64,000 nt of DNA from the NCBI GenBank assembly GCA_963777975.1, contig CAVZSO010000003.1, positions 210,760 through 274,759 of the forward strand, given 5' to 3'. The notes below the pieces were generated by a model that saw only the letters and a list, made by a program, of their open reading frames with translations, did not search any database and was not told the origin of the DNA. Position 1 is the stretch's first letter. The number at the start of each line of letters is the position of its first letter. This DNA comes from an uncultured Chloroflexia bacterium. Its GTDB lineage: Bacteria > Chloroflexota > Limnocylindria > Limnocylindrales > CSP1-4. Position numbers and translations under genes: made by a program. Below, one piece after another: positions 10,881 to 20,371 of this stretch.

Positions 10881-11834
10881 CTAGGCGTTCATGGCCGCGC
10901 GTTCGGCGGCAAGGCGAAGGGCACGAGCGGTCATCTCGCGGACCATGGCCAGCTTGTAGTCCACCGGACCCCGGCGATCCTCGGCCGGGCGGGCCTGCCG
11001 TGCGGCAGCCAGGCCGGCCTCCCGGAACATCTCCTCGCTCGGATGCGCGCCACGGACGGCGTCCTCGGCATGTTCGGCTGCGAATGGTGCGTCGGCCACC
11101 GAGGTCAGCCCGATGCCGACCTGCGAGATGCGCCCGTCACCGCTGAGCGAGACGACCGCCGCCACGCCGACCGTGGCAAAGTCGCCGGCCCGGCGCTCGA
11201 GCTTCAGATAGGCGCTGCCGGTCATCGCAGGCGGCGTCGGGATGCGGACCTCGGTCAGCACCTCGTTGGCCTCGATGGCGGTCGTGAAGACGTCCTTGAA
11301 GAAGCCCGTCGAACCTTCGCCAGCGCTGGGATGGGTGGGTCGAGCGCTGGCCGGTCCGTGCCGAACGTCGGCCTCGCCGGCATGGCCTCGAGCCCAGACG
11401 ATCCGCTCGCCGTTGACGCTGCGCAGGACGAAGCGACCACGCAGCGCCAGGACGACCGCCGGCCAGTCAGAGGCGGGGTCGGCGTGCGCGCACGAGCCAC
11501 CGATGGTGCCCCAGTTGCGGATCTGCGGATCGCCGATGCCGCCGGCGGCCTCGCGCACGACATCCCAGGCGGCGGCCGCCGGGCTGGACGCGATGGCGGC
11601 GTGCGTGGCACGGGCGCCGATGCGGAATTCGCCGTCGACCTGGCTGATCGACTCGAGGCCAGGGACGCGACCGATGTCGATGAGCAGGCCCGGTTGCGCG
11701 AGCCGGTACTTCATGAGCGGGAGGAGGCTGTAGCCGCCGGCCAGGATCTTGGCCTCGCCCTCGTTGTCCGCCAACAGGCGGAGGGCATCGTCGAGGCTGA
11801 CGGGTCGGAAGTACTCGAACTGCGGAGGGATCAT
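10881..11834 (-). CDS. coxM: CO dehydrogenase medium (FAD-binding) subunit
   Basis: 317-aa ORF with AGGYSLLPLMKYRL and TIGGSCAHADPASD blocks. The gene order M-S-L is typical of form I clusters. Confidence 0.9.
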   Translation of the reverse strand: MIPPQFEYFRPVSLDDALRLLADNEGEAKILAGGYSLLPLMKYRLAQPGLLIDIGRVPGLESISQVDGEFRIGARATHAAIASSPAAAAWDVVREAAGGIGDPQIRNWGTIGGSCAHADPASDWPAVVLALRGRFVLRSVNGERIVWARGHAGEADVRHGPASARPTHPSAGEGSTGFFKDVFTTAIEANEVLTEVRIPTPPAMTGSAYLKLERRAGDFATVGVAAVVSLSGDGRISQVGIGLTSVADAPFAAEHAEDAVRGAHPSEEMFREAGLAAARQARPAEDRRGPVDYKLAMVREMTARALRLAAERAAMNA

Positions 11835-12052
11835 CGCCGGTCCTCACCATCCCTTCCGTCGGCGCGTCTGGACGGCGCCGACACTGCATCGGAAGCAGAT
11901 CACGAATGGACGCGGTCGGAGGCCCCGGGTCCACGCCCTGGGCACGATCGTGCTGGCGGCTTTCGGAGCCGGCGGGTCGTCGTCACGGCGAGGGGGCCGG
12001 ACGGCGGATGGGGCCGTTCCACCGCCAACGATAGGCCCGCATGGGTGCAGCG

Positions 12053-12764
12053 TCAACGAGATTCGGCGGCCACCTCCCAGGCCTCGACCGGGCCGTCGAA
12101 GCCCTTCAGCTCGAGGTCGCGTCGCTGGGCGATGAGACCCCGCTCGTGGAGCCAGGTCGCGATGCGCCGATAGGCCTCGCCGCTGAGCAGGATCTGCCCG
12201 CCGCCTGCCTGCGCCTGGAGCCGTGCGGCGAGGTTCGTCGGGGTGCCGATGGCGCTCACGTTGCCGCCCGCGACCAGGGCACCGACGACGGCCGGGCCGA
12301 CGGCGATGCCGCCGCCGACGCTGAAGCCACCGGCCGCAGCCTTGTCGCGGATGCCGATGGCTGCCCGCAGCGCGGCCGACGCGTGGTCGAGCCTCGGCGA
12401 GACGACGTTGAAGGTGGCCATCACCGCATCGCCCGCGAACTTGTCCACGAGACCACCCTCGGCCTCGATCTCGGCGCGTGCCCAGCGGTGGAAGGCAGCC
12501 ACCCGGGTGGCCAGCGACTCCGGGACGGCATCGCCGGCAAAGGCCGTGTAACCGCGGATGTCGACGAAGAGGACGGTCACCAGGCGCTCCTCGGGCGCCA
12601 TGGACGCTGGCCCATCCGACCTCGATGCCGAGCCGGAGGTCGGCACCTGACCCGACAGGGCGCCCGGGACGCCGACGTCGCGTGGCGGGCGCGACCTCGA
12701 CACCGAGCTCCGCCAGCCGGCGACGAGCGGCTGCGGCGAGGGTCACGGCGCCGATGCCGGTCAT
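12053..12764 (-). CDS. class III adenylate/guanylate cyclase catalytic-domain protein, probable frame break near 12690
   Basis: ORF 12053..12703 has VTVLFVDIRGYTAF...DKFAGDAVMATF...GTPTNLAARLQ. ATG 12764 (the start of ORF 11844..12764) overlaps the stop of the upstream gene as ATGA, but it is in another frame. An alternative start is ATG 12601. Confidence 0.75.
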
Positions 12765-15379
12765 GCCTGGAACACCGTGCGCGCCTCGGTCATCGCGATC
12801 CTCGAGCCGGCCCCCGCCTGCTCGACCGCGGCCGAGCGCAGGAGCCGCGCCCGGGCCTCGACGAGCACGTAGCCGACGCCGGCGGCGAAGGTCGCGACAC
12901 GCTCGAGGTCACCCACGGCTGCCGCCCCCTCGCCGTCGGCGATCCGGACTCGCGATCGCGCCATGAGCGAGTAGGCACCGCCCGCGTCGAGTCGCCGGTC
13001 GTCCGTGGCCTCGGCCGCCCGTCGGGCCCGGTGACGTCGCCGGCGAAGAGCAGCGCCTCGGTGCCGACGTCGAGCAGCTCCAGGGTTTCGCAGGTCATGG
13101 CCGCGGCCAGTCGATGGCATCGAGGGCGACAGTGCGGCGTGATCGCGGGCCTCGTCGGATCGGCGGCCGCGAGTGGCGGCCCGCATGCGCCCCGATGCGT
13201 GGGGCATCTTGTCCTGCCGCTCGACAGCGTCGGACGTCGGCGATCATCGCGCGCGCCTCGTCGATCCGGCCGAGCTCGACCAGGCAGCCACGGCGCAGTT
13301 GCGGGCCCAGAGGCCGTAGGTCGTGACGCCGGACTCGCGACCCATGGCTCGATCACCCGCTCGGCGTTGGCGAGACTTTCGCTCGAGGCGCCCCAAGGCC
13401 TGGAAGGCCGCCGTCCGACCCAGCGATCGACTGGAGGCCCGGCGGGAATTGCGGGTAGTCGCGGTCGAAGCGATCGGCGATGACGGAGCGGCTCTCGGGC
13501 GTCGAAGGTGATCGAGCGCTCCTCCATCTCGTTGTAGAGCGTGTTGAAGGCCACGTATGTCATGCCGCGCGCCCATGCCTCGTCGTGCACCTGGCGGAAC
13601 TCCTCGTAACCGAGCTCGAGGTCGCCGATGGCGACATGTGGCGAGGGCCAGGAAGCCGAGCGCCCAGAGACGGGGCCCGTCGTCGCCGGCGGCTTCGGCG
13701 ACGGCCATCGCCCGCCAAGGAGCTCGATGGCCGCTCGTACTCGAAGTCGAAGGCGTGCAGGCTAGCGAGACGGACATACGCCTCGGCCAGGGAGCGGCTC
13801 GGGCCGAGCGGATCGAGCACGTCGCGCGCCCGCTCGTACTCCGTCCGAGCCACGTCCTGGCGCGACTGCTCCCACAGGACGCGTCCGAGGAGGAGATGGC
13901 CCGGGCCGGCAGTGGCGACGTCGCCGGCCTCGGCGCGCGATCGGGATCGCCTCGGAGAGTAGCGTTCGGCGCCCGGAGGATCGCCGGCACGCCAGATGAC
14001 GCCGCCGACGCGCACGAGGAGCCGCGCCCGTTCGACGTCGCCGTCGACGTACGGCAGCGCCCGCAGCAGGAGGTCGGCCGCCTCCGAGAAACCCTGCCGG
14101 TCCTCCGCCTCGGTGGCCGCCTGCAGCCCGACCGGCACCGCCTCCGAGAAGCGGGCGGCCGCGAAGAGATGCCTGGCCCGCTCGCCGGTGGCGGGTCGGC
14201 CACGGGCGCCAGCGCGTCGGCCGCTCGCGAGTGCAGGGCCTGCCGACGGGGCAGGACGATGTCGTCGTAGACCGCCTCGCGCGTCAGGGCGTGCCGGAAT
14301 CGATAGCGGCCGCCCTCCGCATCGACGTCGAGCAGCTGCTCGCCGACGAGCGTCACGAGGGCCGTCTCGATGGCCGACGCCTCGCAGCCGCAGACGCCGG
14401 GCAGGAGGTCCGGTCGGACCGCGGCGCCCAGGACCGCGGACGCCTGGAGGACCTCGACGACGCCTCCGGCAGCCGCTCGATGCGCTGCAGGATCGACTCG
14501 CGGACCGAAGCCGGCAGGCGCAGCTCTTCGATCTGGCGTCGCTCCCAGCCAGCCGGGGTGCGGTAGATGTCGCCGCGGTCGATGGCGTCCTTGAGCAGCT
14601 CCTCGAGCACGAACGGGTTGCCCTCGCTGCGCTCCAGGAGCAGGTCGCGGAATTCTGGGCTGACGACATCGCTGGCGAAGATCGCGCGCACCATCTCGGC
14701 CGGACCGACGCGGCGTCGAATGGCTCGAGCTCGATGAAGGTCGCTGCCGCCTTCGACGCCAGCCCTGGAGGATGGGCGCCAAGGGGTGCCGCCGGTGGAG
14801 CTCGTCGCGACGGTAGGTCGCCAGGACCATGGCCCGGGTCGAGCGCAGCCGACGCGCCAGGAAGTCGAGCAGCTCGCGGGTCGAGCGCATCCGCCCAATG
14901 GATGTCCTCGACGACCAGCAGCGAGCCCGCGATCGGCTGCCTCTGCGCGCAGGAGCTGGAAGACCGACTCGAAGAGGCGCAGTCGGCCCATCGGGTCGTC
15001 GGCGGTGGCATCGGTCGCCGACGGCATCGCCGAATTGCGGGAGCATCGGCGCCAGGTCGACGGCAGCCGGCCCGAGCCGATCGCGCACCATGGCCGACGA
15101 CCCACGCTGCCGAGACGTGGTTGCCGAGGGCCTCGACGAAGGGCAGGTAGGGCAGTGCGAATTCCGCCTCGCTGCAGCCGCCCCACAGGACGACGGCACC
15201 CAGTCCGCTCGGCACGCTCCTCGAGCTGCCGCGCGAGCCGCGTCTTGCCGAGGCCCGCCTCACCGGCAAGCAGGGCAAGTCGGCCGTCACCACGCAGCGC
15301 ATCGAGGAGTGCGTCCTCGAGGGCGTCGGCCTCGCGCTCTCGACCGACGATCGGTCGGGCAGAGGGTCTGCTCGATCAT
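12761..15379 (-). pseudogene. STAND-type AAA ATPase with TPR repeats (MalT / LuxR-associated regulator type), broken by many frame shifts
   Basis: Recognisable pieces are scattered over all three minus-strand frames. Walker A reads LLAGEAGLGKTRLA (my translation near 15260). The other pieces are VLWGGCSEAEFALPYLPFVEAL, LLVVEDIHWADA, RSEGNPFVLEELLKD, YRFRHALTREAVYD and TPR-like HDEAWARGMTYVAFNTLYNEMEE. ATG 15379 overlaps the stop of the upstream gene (ATGA). The stop at 12761 overlaps the cyclase ATG. Confidence 0.75.
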
Positions 15380-16821
15380 CGGGCTGGGTGGAGCTCGGTC
15401 GCCGCGGTCGCGACCCCGGCCACGAGCGGCGGCGATCCCGCGTGCGCGCCAGGTGCCCAGCCGACGACGCCGATGCGCATGTCCGGCGCGGGCAGGGTCC
15501 ATCCCTCGGCGGTCTCGATGGCGCGCTCGCGCAGCGCCGCGACCAGGCGCTGGTCCTTGGCTCCGCCCTCGGCGACCCATGTCTGGCGACGGGCGAAGGC
15601 GAGCACCTCGTCGAACGTGCCATAGCGCGCCGCCGGACGCGGCAGGTAGGTGACCGAAGCCCCTCGGCCGCGCGCGGCCAGGAGCTCGATGAACTCGGGC
15701 AGGGCTGGCAGGGGAACGCGCTCCTCACCGTGGACGATCGGCCAGAACGGATCGATGGTCGATGCCGGCTGGCGCTCCATGAGCACGGCCAGGCACCGTC
15801 GTCCGGCCGCCGCTTCCAGCGCGCTGACGAAGGGACCGATGGCCTCGACGTCGTAGCCGACGTGGGCGATGAGCACGACGTCGGCGGTCGGTGCGTCTGG
15901 CATCGGCCAGCGCGCCAGGATCGACCGCACGTTGGCGATGCCGTGCTCGACGGCGATCTCCTGCAGCGCCGCCAGCATGCGTTCCGACGGATCGACGGCG
16001 ACGACCTCGCGCACGCGGCGAGCGATGGGCAAGGCGAATCGTCCGGCGCCGGCGCCGACGTCCAGCCACGTCTCGCCCGGCCGTGCGTCGGTCAACAACC
16101 GGTCCAGGACGGGGTCGTCCGTGCGCATCGGATCGGCCCGGAAGAGGCTCGAGATGGAACGGTAGAAGTCGGGGCCGTCGGCGACCTCGCGCAGTCGGTC
16201 GACCTGGTCGCGGTTCTCCCTGACGCGCTCGGCCCAGCTCGCCTCCAGCAGCGCGGCGAGGTCACCGCGCGAATCGATGTCCGGGACGCCGCCAGGCAGC
16301 TCGACGCGAACGACGTCGGGCAGCTCGGCGAGGATGCGGCCCAGGCCCTGGTCGCCGTCGAGACGTGCGGCGAGCGTGAACCCCGATCGTCGCAGGAGCA
16401 CGGGATTGGCTCCCCCGCCGGCCGCGTAGTGCGGCAGGACGGCGGTCGCCTCGCCGCCTGGATCGGCGGCCAGCAGGGCGGCGATGACGTCGGCCTCGAG
16501 GGTCGGCTGGTCGCCGAGGACGATGAGGGCGGCGGCTGCATCCGGCGCGACAGCTGCCAGGCCGAGGCGCAGCGACGACGACAGGCCATCCCCGGGTCGC
16601 TCATTGATGACCCGGCGCTCGCCTCGCCACGCGATGCCCTGCTCGACCGCCTCGGCGTGTGCGCCGAGGACGACCACCACGTCCCGAAGTCCGGCCGATG
16701 CGAGCGTGTCCAGCACGCGCTGCAGGACCGGTCGTCCGCCGAACGACGCCAGCAGCTTGGGGCCGCCGAAGCGGCTCGACAGCCCTGCCGCCAGGACTAT
16801 CGCCGCCACCGAACCATGCAT
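15376..16821 (-). CDS. fusion of a MobA/MocA-like molybdenum cofactor nucleotidyltransferase with a class I SAM-dependent methyltransferase
   Basis: Intact 481-aa ORF. The N-terminus reads AIVLAAGLSSRFGGPKLL...LIVLGDQP (NTP_transf_3 / MocA type). The C-terminal half has motif I, WLDVGAGAGRFALPIA...VVAVDPS. Confidence 0.8.
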   Translation of the reverse strand: MHGSVAAIVLAAGLSSRFGGPKLLASFGGRPVLQRVLDTLASAGLRDVVVVLGAHAEAVEQGIAWRGERRVINERPGDGLSSSLRLGLAAVAPDAAAALIVLGDQPTLEADVIAALLAADPGGEATAVLPHYAAGGGANPVLLRRSGFTLAARLDGDQGLGRILAELPDVVRVELPGGVPDIDSRGDLAALLEASWAERVRENRDQVDRLREVADGPDFYRSISSLFRADPMRTDDPVLDRLLTDARPGETWLDVGAGAGRFALPIARRVREVVAVDPSERMLAALQEIAVEHGIANVRSILARWPMPDAPTADVVLIAHVGYDVEAIGPFVSALEAAAGRRCLAVLMERQPASTIDPFWPIVHGEERVPLPALPEFIELLAARGRGASVTYLPRPAARYGTFDEVLAFARRQTWVAEGGAKDQRLVAALRERAIETAEGWTLPAPDMRIGVVGWAPGAHAGSPPLVAGVATAATELHPAR

Positions 16822-16948
16822 CTGGTCATCTTCTCACCGGCCACGACGCGGGGTACCGTGGCTGATCGGGGTCGCAGTGCGTGGCGATCACGCGCCCGTC
16901 GGCGGCCGCATCAGGGAAGGGGTCCGATTGGGCATCGACATCCGACCG

Positions 16949-17173
16949 ATGGATGGCCAGGCGAGCGCGGCCGACGCGGCCCTGGCGCCGCGGCACCTGA
17001 TGGACTCCACGTCGCGCATCATCGTCGGCGCCGGTCTGGCGACCGCGATCATCGCCCTGCTCGGCGTCCTGCTCGGTGCCTGGCGCATCGACTGGCTCGG
17101 CCTGGTCATGATCGTGGCCGGGCTGGCGGCGGCGGGCGTCGCCTGGCTCGAGCGCGACCGGCCCCGACGATGA
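16949..17173 (+). CDS. small hypothetical membrane protein (2 predicted TM helices)
   Basis: In-frame ATG 16949 within ORF 16484..17173. Hydrophobic stretches are IIVGAGLATAIIALLGVLLGAW and LGLVMIVAGLAAAGVAW. The stop overlaps the next ATG (ATGA). No homology recognised. Confidence 0.45.
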   Translation: MDGQASAADAALAPRHLMDSTSRIIVGAGLATAIIALLGVLLGAWRIDWLGLVMIVAGLAAAGVAWLERDRPRR

Positions 17174-17805
17174 CGACAGCTTGCCCGAGCCGGGACATCG
17201 AGCTGGCCGCCGGCGTCGTGGCCGGCGTCCTGGGCGTCCTGGGCCTCTTCGAGATGCTCTTCGACATGATGAGCCTCGATCAGCGAGGCGGGCTCATCGG
17301 CGCGGCGTTGGCGGTCGCCCTGGCGGTCTCCGGGCTGGCCCTCTTCATCGGGTCCCTGCGTCGCTGGAGCGATCCGATGGACATCGTGGTCGGCGATGAG
17401 CGGTCGGTTCGGGTCGCGTACGCCGGCGTCGGGCTGGTCGTCGTCGGCTGGCTCGGCATGGTGACGATCGGCAGCTGGACGCTGTCAGCCGGTGCGAGCG
17501 TCCTGGCCTTCGCCCTCCTCGCGGGCCTGATCCTGCGCTGGTCGACCGACGAAGCCGCCGATGGATCGCCCGTCGCTGGGGCCTGGGTCGCCGTTGCCTT
17601 CGCCCTCGTCGGCACCATGCTCGGGCTCAGCCACCTGATGCTTCTCGTCGAGCATGCCGCGGCCTTCGGGCCGCTCGACATGCTGGCCGTGCTGGCCTAT
17701 GCGGTCGGTGTCGCCCTGACCCTCATCGGCTCGGTCTGGACGGCCTACGAGCGGACGATCGACGCCCAGGAGCGGTCCAGCATCCGATCGGGCGACATGG
17801 ACTGA
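17170..17805 (+). CDS. hypothetical integral membrane protein (about 6 TM helices)
   Basis: This is the C-terminal 211 aa of ORF 15388..17805, from ATG 17170. It contains repeated hydrophobic helices. The upstream part of that ORF is antisense to the MocA-methyltransferase gene and is rejected. Confidence 0.55.
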   Translation: MTTACPSRDIELAAGVVAGVLGVLGLFEMLFDMMSLDQRGGLIGAALAVALAVSGLALFIGSLRRWSDPMDIVVGDERSVRVAYAGVGLVVVGWLGMVTIGSWTLSAGASVLAFALLAGLILRWSTDEAADGSPVAGAWVAVAFALVGTMLGLSHLMLLVEHAAAFGPLDMLAVLAYAVGVALTLIGSVWTAYERTIDAQERSSIRSGDMD

Positions 17806-17853
17806 TCGACCGTGGGTCCGCGCTCGGGGCAGGCCCGGGCGGTCGGAGCTCGG

Positions 17854-18954
17854 TCAGGCCGTCGCGACGAGGTCCGCTTTGGCGCGCATGGGACCGCCGG
17901 CGGCCCCGTGTCGGGCTGCCACGATCTCGGCCAGGATGGCCAGCGCGGTCTCGGCCGGCGCCCGACCGCCGAGGTCAAGCCCGATCGGGCCTCGCAAGCG
18001 AGCGAGCGCCTCGGGCGTGACCCCGGCCGCCAGCAATCGGGCGTGGCGGTCGGTCTGCGTCTTGCGGCTGCCGACGGCGCCCACGTAGCGACAGCCGCGA
18101 TCCAGCGCCGCGACGATGGCCGGCTCGTCGAACTTGACGTCGTGCGTCAGCACAGCCACCGCATCGGACGGACCGAGGCCGATCTCGTCAGCCACCTCGT
18201 CGGGCCAGCCGACCACGACCCGATCGGCATCAGGAAACCGCTCGTGAGTGGCGAAGGTCGCTCGGCCGTCGATGACGACGGTCTCATAGCCAAGCTCCCT
18301 GGCCATGCGCACCAGCGGCATGGCCACCTGCACGGCTCCGACGACGACCAGGCGCGATGGCGCTGGGTAGGCCTCGATGAACAGGCTTCGACCGGCGAGC
18401 TCGACGGTCCGCGAGGTGCCCGCTTCAAGGGCGCCCAGCGCGGCCGAGACGAGCTCCGCGTCGAGACCCGGGTCGCCGAGCGTGCCGGAGAGGACGCCGT
18501 CCTCGGTCACGGTCAGCGGCTCGGCTGGCGGGCTCCCCTCCCCCGGCTGGTGCGGGCCGAAGTCCGGCCCCGGCGAGTCGTCGGGCAGTGGCGTGATGAC
18601 GGCGATGCCATCGCGTCCGGCAGCGGCGCGGGCTGCGAGCGGTGGCACCTCGGGCTGCATCAGGACATCGATGGTGCCGCCACACGCGAGGCCGACGTCC
18701 CAGGCCTGCTCGTCGCTGATGCCATAGCGGATGACCCGGCTGCGCCCGGTCCGGCGTGCCCGCTCGACCTCGTCGAACGCCGCGCCCTCGACGCAGCCAC
18801 CGCTGACGGAGCCTGCCAGGCGACCGTCGTCGGCCACCAGCATGACCGCTCCTTCCGGGCGCGGCGCCGAGCCGAACGTGCGCACGACGATGGCCCGTCC
18901 GATGCCCTGGCCCTCGGACTGCCAGGCCGCCAGCGTCTCGTTCAGCTCCCTCAT
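17854..18954 (-). CDS. XdhC/CoxI-family accessory protein
   Basis: ORF 17854..19014. The likely start is ATG 18954 (MRELNETLAAW), which overlaps the coxE stop (ATGA). Blocks seen: RTFGSAPRPEGA, GSVSGGCVEG, LVVVGAVQVA, YVGAVGS. Confidence 0.85.
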   Translation of the reverse strand: MRELNETLAAWQSEGQGIGRAIVVRTFGSAPRPEGAVMLVADDGRLAGSVSGGCVEGAAFDEVERARRTGRSRVIRYGISDEQAWDVGLACGGTIDVLMQPEVPPLAARAAAGRDGIAVITPLPDDSPGPDFGPHQPGEGSPPAEPLTVTEDGVLSGTLGDPGLDAELVSAALGALEAGTSRTVELAGRSLFIEAYPAPSRLVVVGAVQVAMPLVRMARELGYETVVIDGRATFATHERFPDADRVVVGWPDEVADEIGLGPSDAVAVLTHDVKFDEPAIVAALDRGCRYVGAVGSRKTQTDRHARLLAAGVTPEALARLRGPIGLDLGGRAPAETALAILAEIVAARHGAAGGPMRAKADLVATA

Positions 18955-20363
18955 CGCGGATCTCCTTCTCGTGGCAGGTCTCGTCCGGTGGTCGCGACGA
19001 GCCTCGGCGCCCATGCGGAGCCGCCGATCCAGGCACTGCCCCGGGCGCCGGCGTCGGTCGATGCGGCGGCCTCGCTGCCCTTGCGCAGATCTCCGGCGCG
19101 GACGCCGGCCAGGATCTCGCCCAGCCGTTCGAGGGAAGCGACCGTCCCGGCCGGCAGGAAGTCGTCGATGTAGGGGTAGGCCGCCTGCATGCCGCCGGCC
19201 AGCGGCTGGTAGCCCGGGACGCCGGCCAGCGGGTTGAGCCAGATGAGCCGATGGCAGTTCCGACGCAGGCGAGCGGTCTCACTGGCCACCAGCGCCGGGT
19301 CGCCGCGGTCCCAGCCATCGGAGACGACGATGACGACGCCGCTGCTGCGCAGCGTGCGTCGCGCCCAGCGCAGGTTGAACTCCCGGAACGAGGCGCCGAT
19401 ACGGGTGCCACCGGCCCAGTCCTGGACGGTGTCGGCCACGTTGGCCAGCGCCCGGTCCCGATCGCGATCCTTGAGCTGTCGGGTGACACGCGTCAGGCGG
19501 GTGCCGAAGACGAACGATTCGGTGCGCACGATCGACGCGGCCGAGAGCGCCTGAACGAAGCGCAGCAGCAGGCGTGAGTGGCGCTCCATGGAGCCCGAGA
19601 TGTCGCACAGCACGACGATCGGCCGCGGCCGTCGCGTGGGTCGCCGCCAGACCCACTCGGTGAAGTCGCCGCCCGTCGCCAGGTTGCGCCGGAACATCAC
19701 CCGTGGCGCGAGCAGCCGACCGTGATGATGCAGCTCGTACCGACGCGTTCGACGCAGCTCGAGGCGCGGCTCGAGCAGGTCCACGAGACGTTCGGCATCG
19801 CGCAGCTCGGCCGCCGTCATGCGGTCGAAATCACGATGGCGCAGCGCCTCTGCCACGGAGAACGCGTCCGGGGCGATGACCGTGCGATCCGGCTCGACCT
19901 CCAGCTCGCCGTCCTCGCCAGCCGCCGCCAGGAGCGTGCCCGGCTCATCGCCAGCGTTCGAGCCCGCGTCCGGGGCGTCGAGGTCGGCGCCGTCGTCATC
20001 GGCGTCCGGATGGTCGACCTCGGGCGGCGGCAGGGCCGGCCCGTCGCTCGGCAGCCGCCCCGCTCGCTGTCGCCACCAGCGAGCGAAGATGCGGTCGTAC
20101 GGCGCTCGGTCGTCGCGCCGACGCACGAAGATCGCCTCGCCGGCCGCCCGGACCTGCTCGCGATCGCCGATCTCGACCAGGGTCAGGGCCCGCGAGAAGT
20201 CGATGGCCGCGCCGAGGTCGACCGACAGCCCGCCAGCGCGCAGCGCCCGGCCGAATCCGACCGCCTCGCCGAGCAGGCGACGACCGTCGATCTGGCGGCC
20301 GTCGGGTGCCACGACGATGGCCGGATGGCGTCCAGGGACGATCGGTCGCTGGGCTGGGAGCAC
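18951..20363 (-). CDS. coxE: CoxE-like von Willebrand factor A domain protein
   Basis: 470-aa ORF with the VWA MIDAS block VVLCDISGSM...VVSDGWDRGD and a conserved C-terminus (LIWLNPLAG). Confidence 0.88.
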   Translation of the reverse strand: MLPAQRPIVPGRHPAIVVAPDGRQIDGRRLLGEAVGFGRALRAGGLSVDLGAAIDFSRALTLVEIGDREQVRAAGEAIFVRRRDDRAPYDRIFARWWRQRAGRLPSDGPALPPPEVDHPDADDDGADLDAPDAGSNAGDEPGTLLAAAGEDGELEVEPDRTVIAPDAFSVAEALRHRDFDRMTAAELRDAERLVDLLEPRLELRRTRRYELHHHGRLLAPRVMFRRNLATGGDFTEWVWRRPTRRPRPIVVLCDISGSMERHSRLLLRFVQALSAASIVRTESFVFGTRLTRVTRQLKDRDRDRALANVADTVQDWAGGTRIGASFREFNLRWARRTLRSSGVVIVVSDGWDRGDPALVASETARLRRNCHRLIWLNPLAGVPGYQPLAGGMQAAYPYIDDFLPAGTVASLERLGEILAGVRAGDLRKGSEAAASTDAGARGSAWIGGSAWAPRLVATTGRDLPREGDPR

Positions 20364-20371
20364 GAGCGCGC

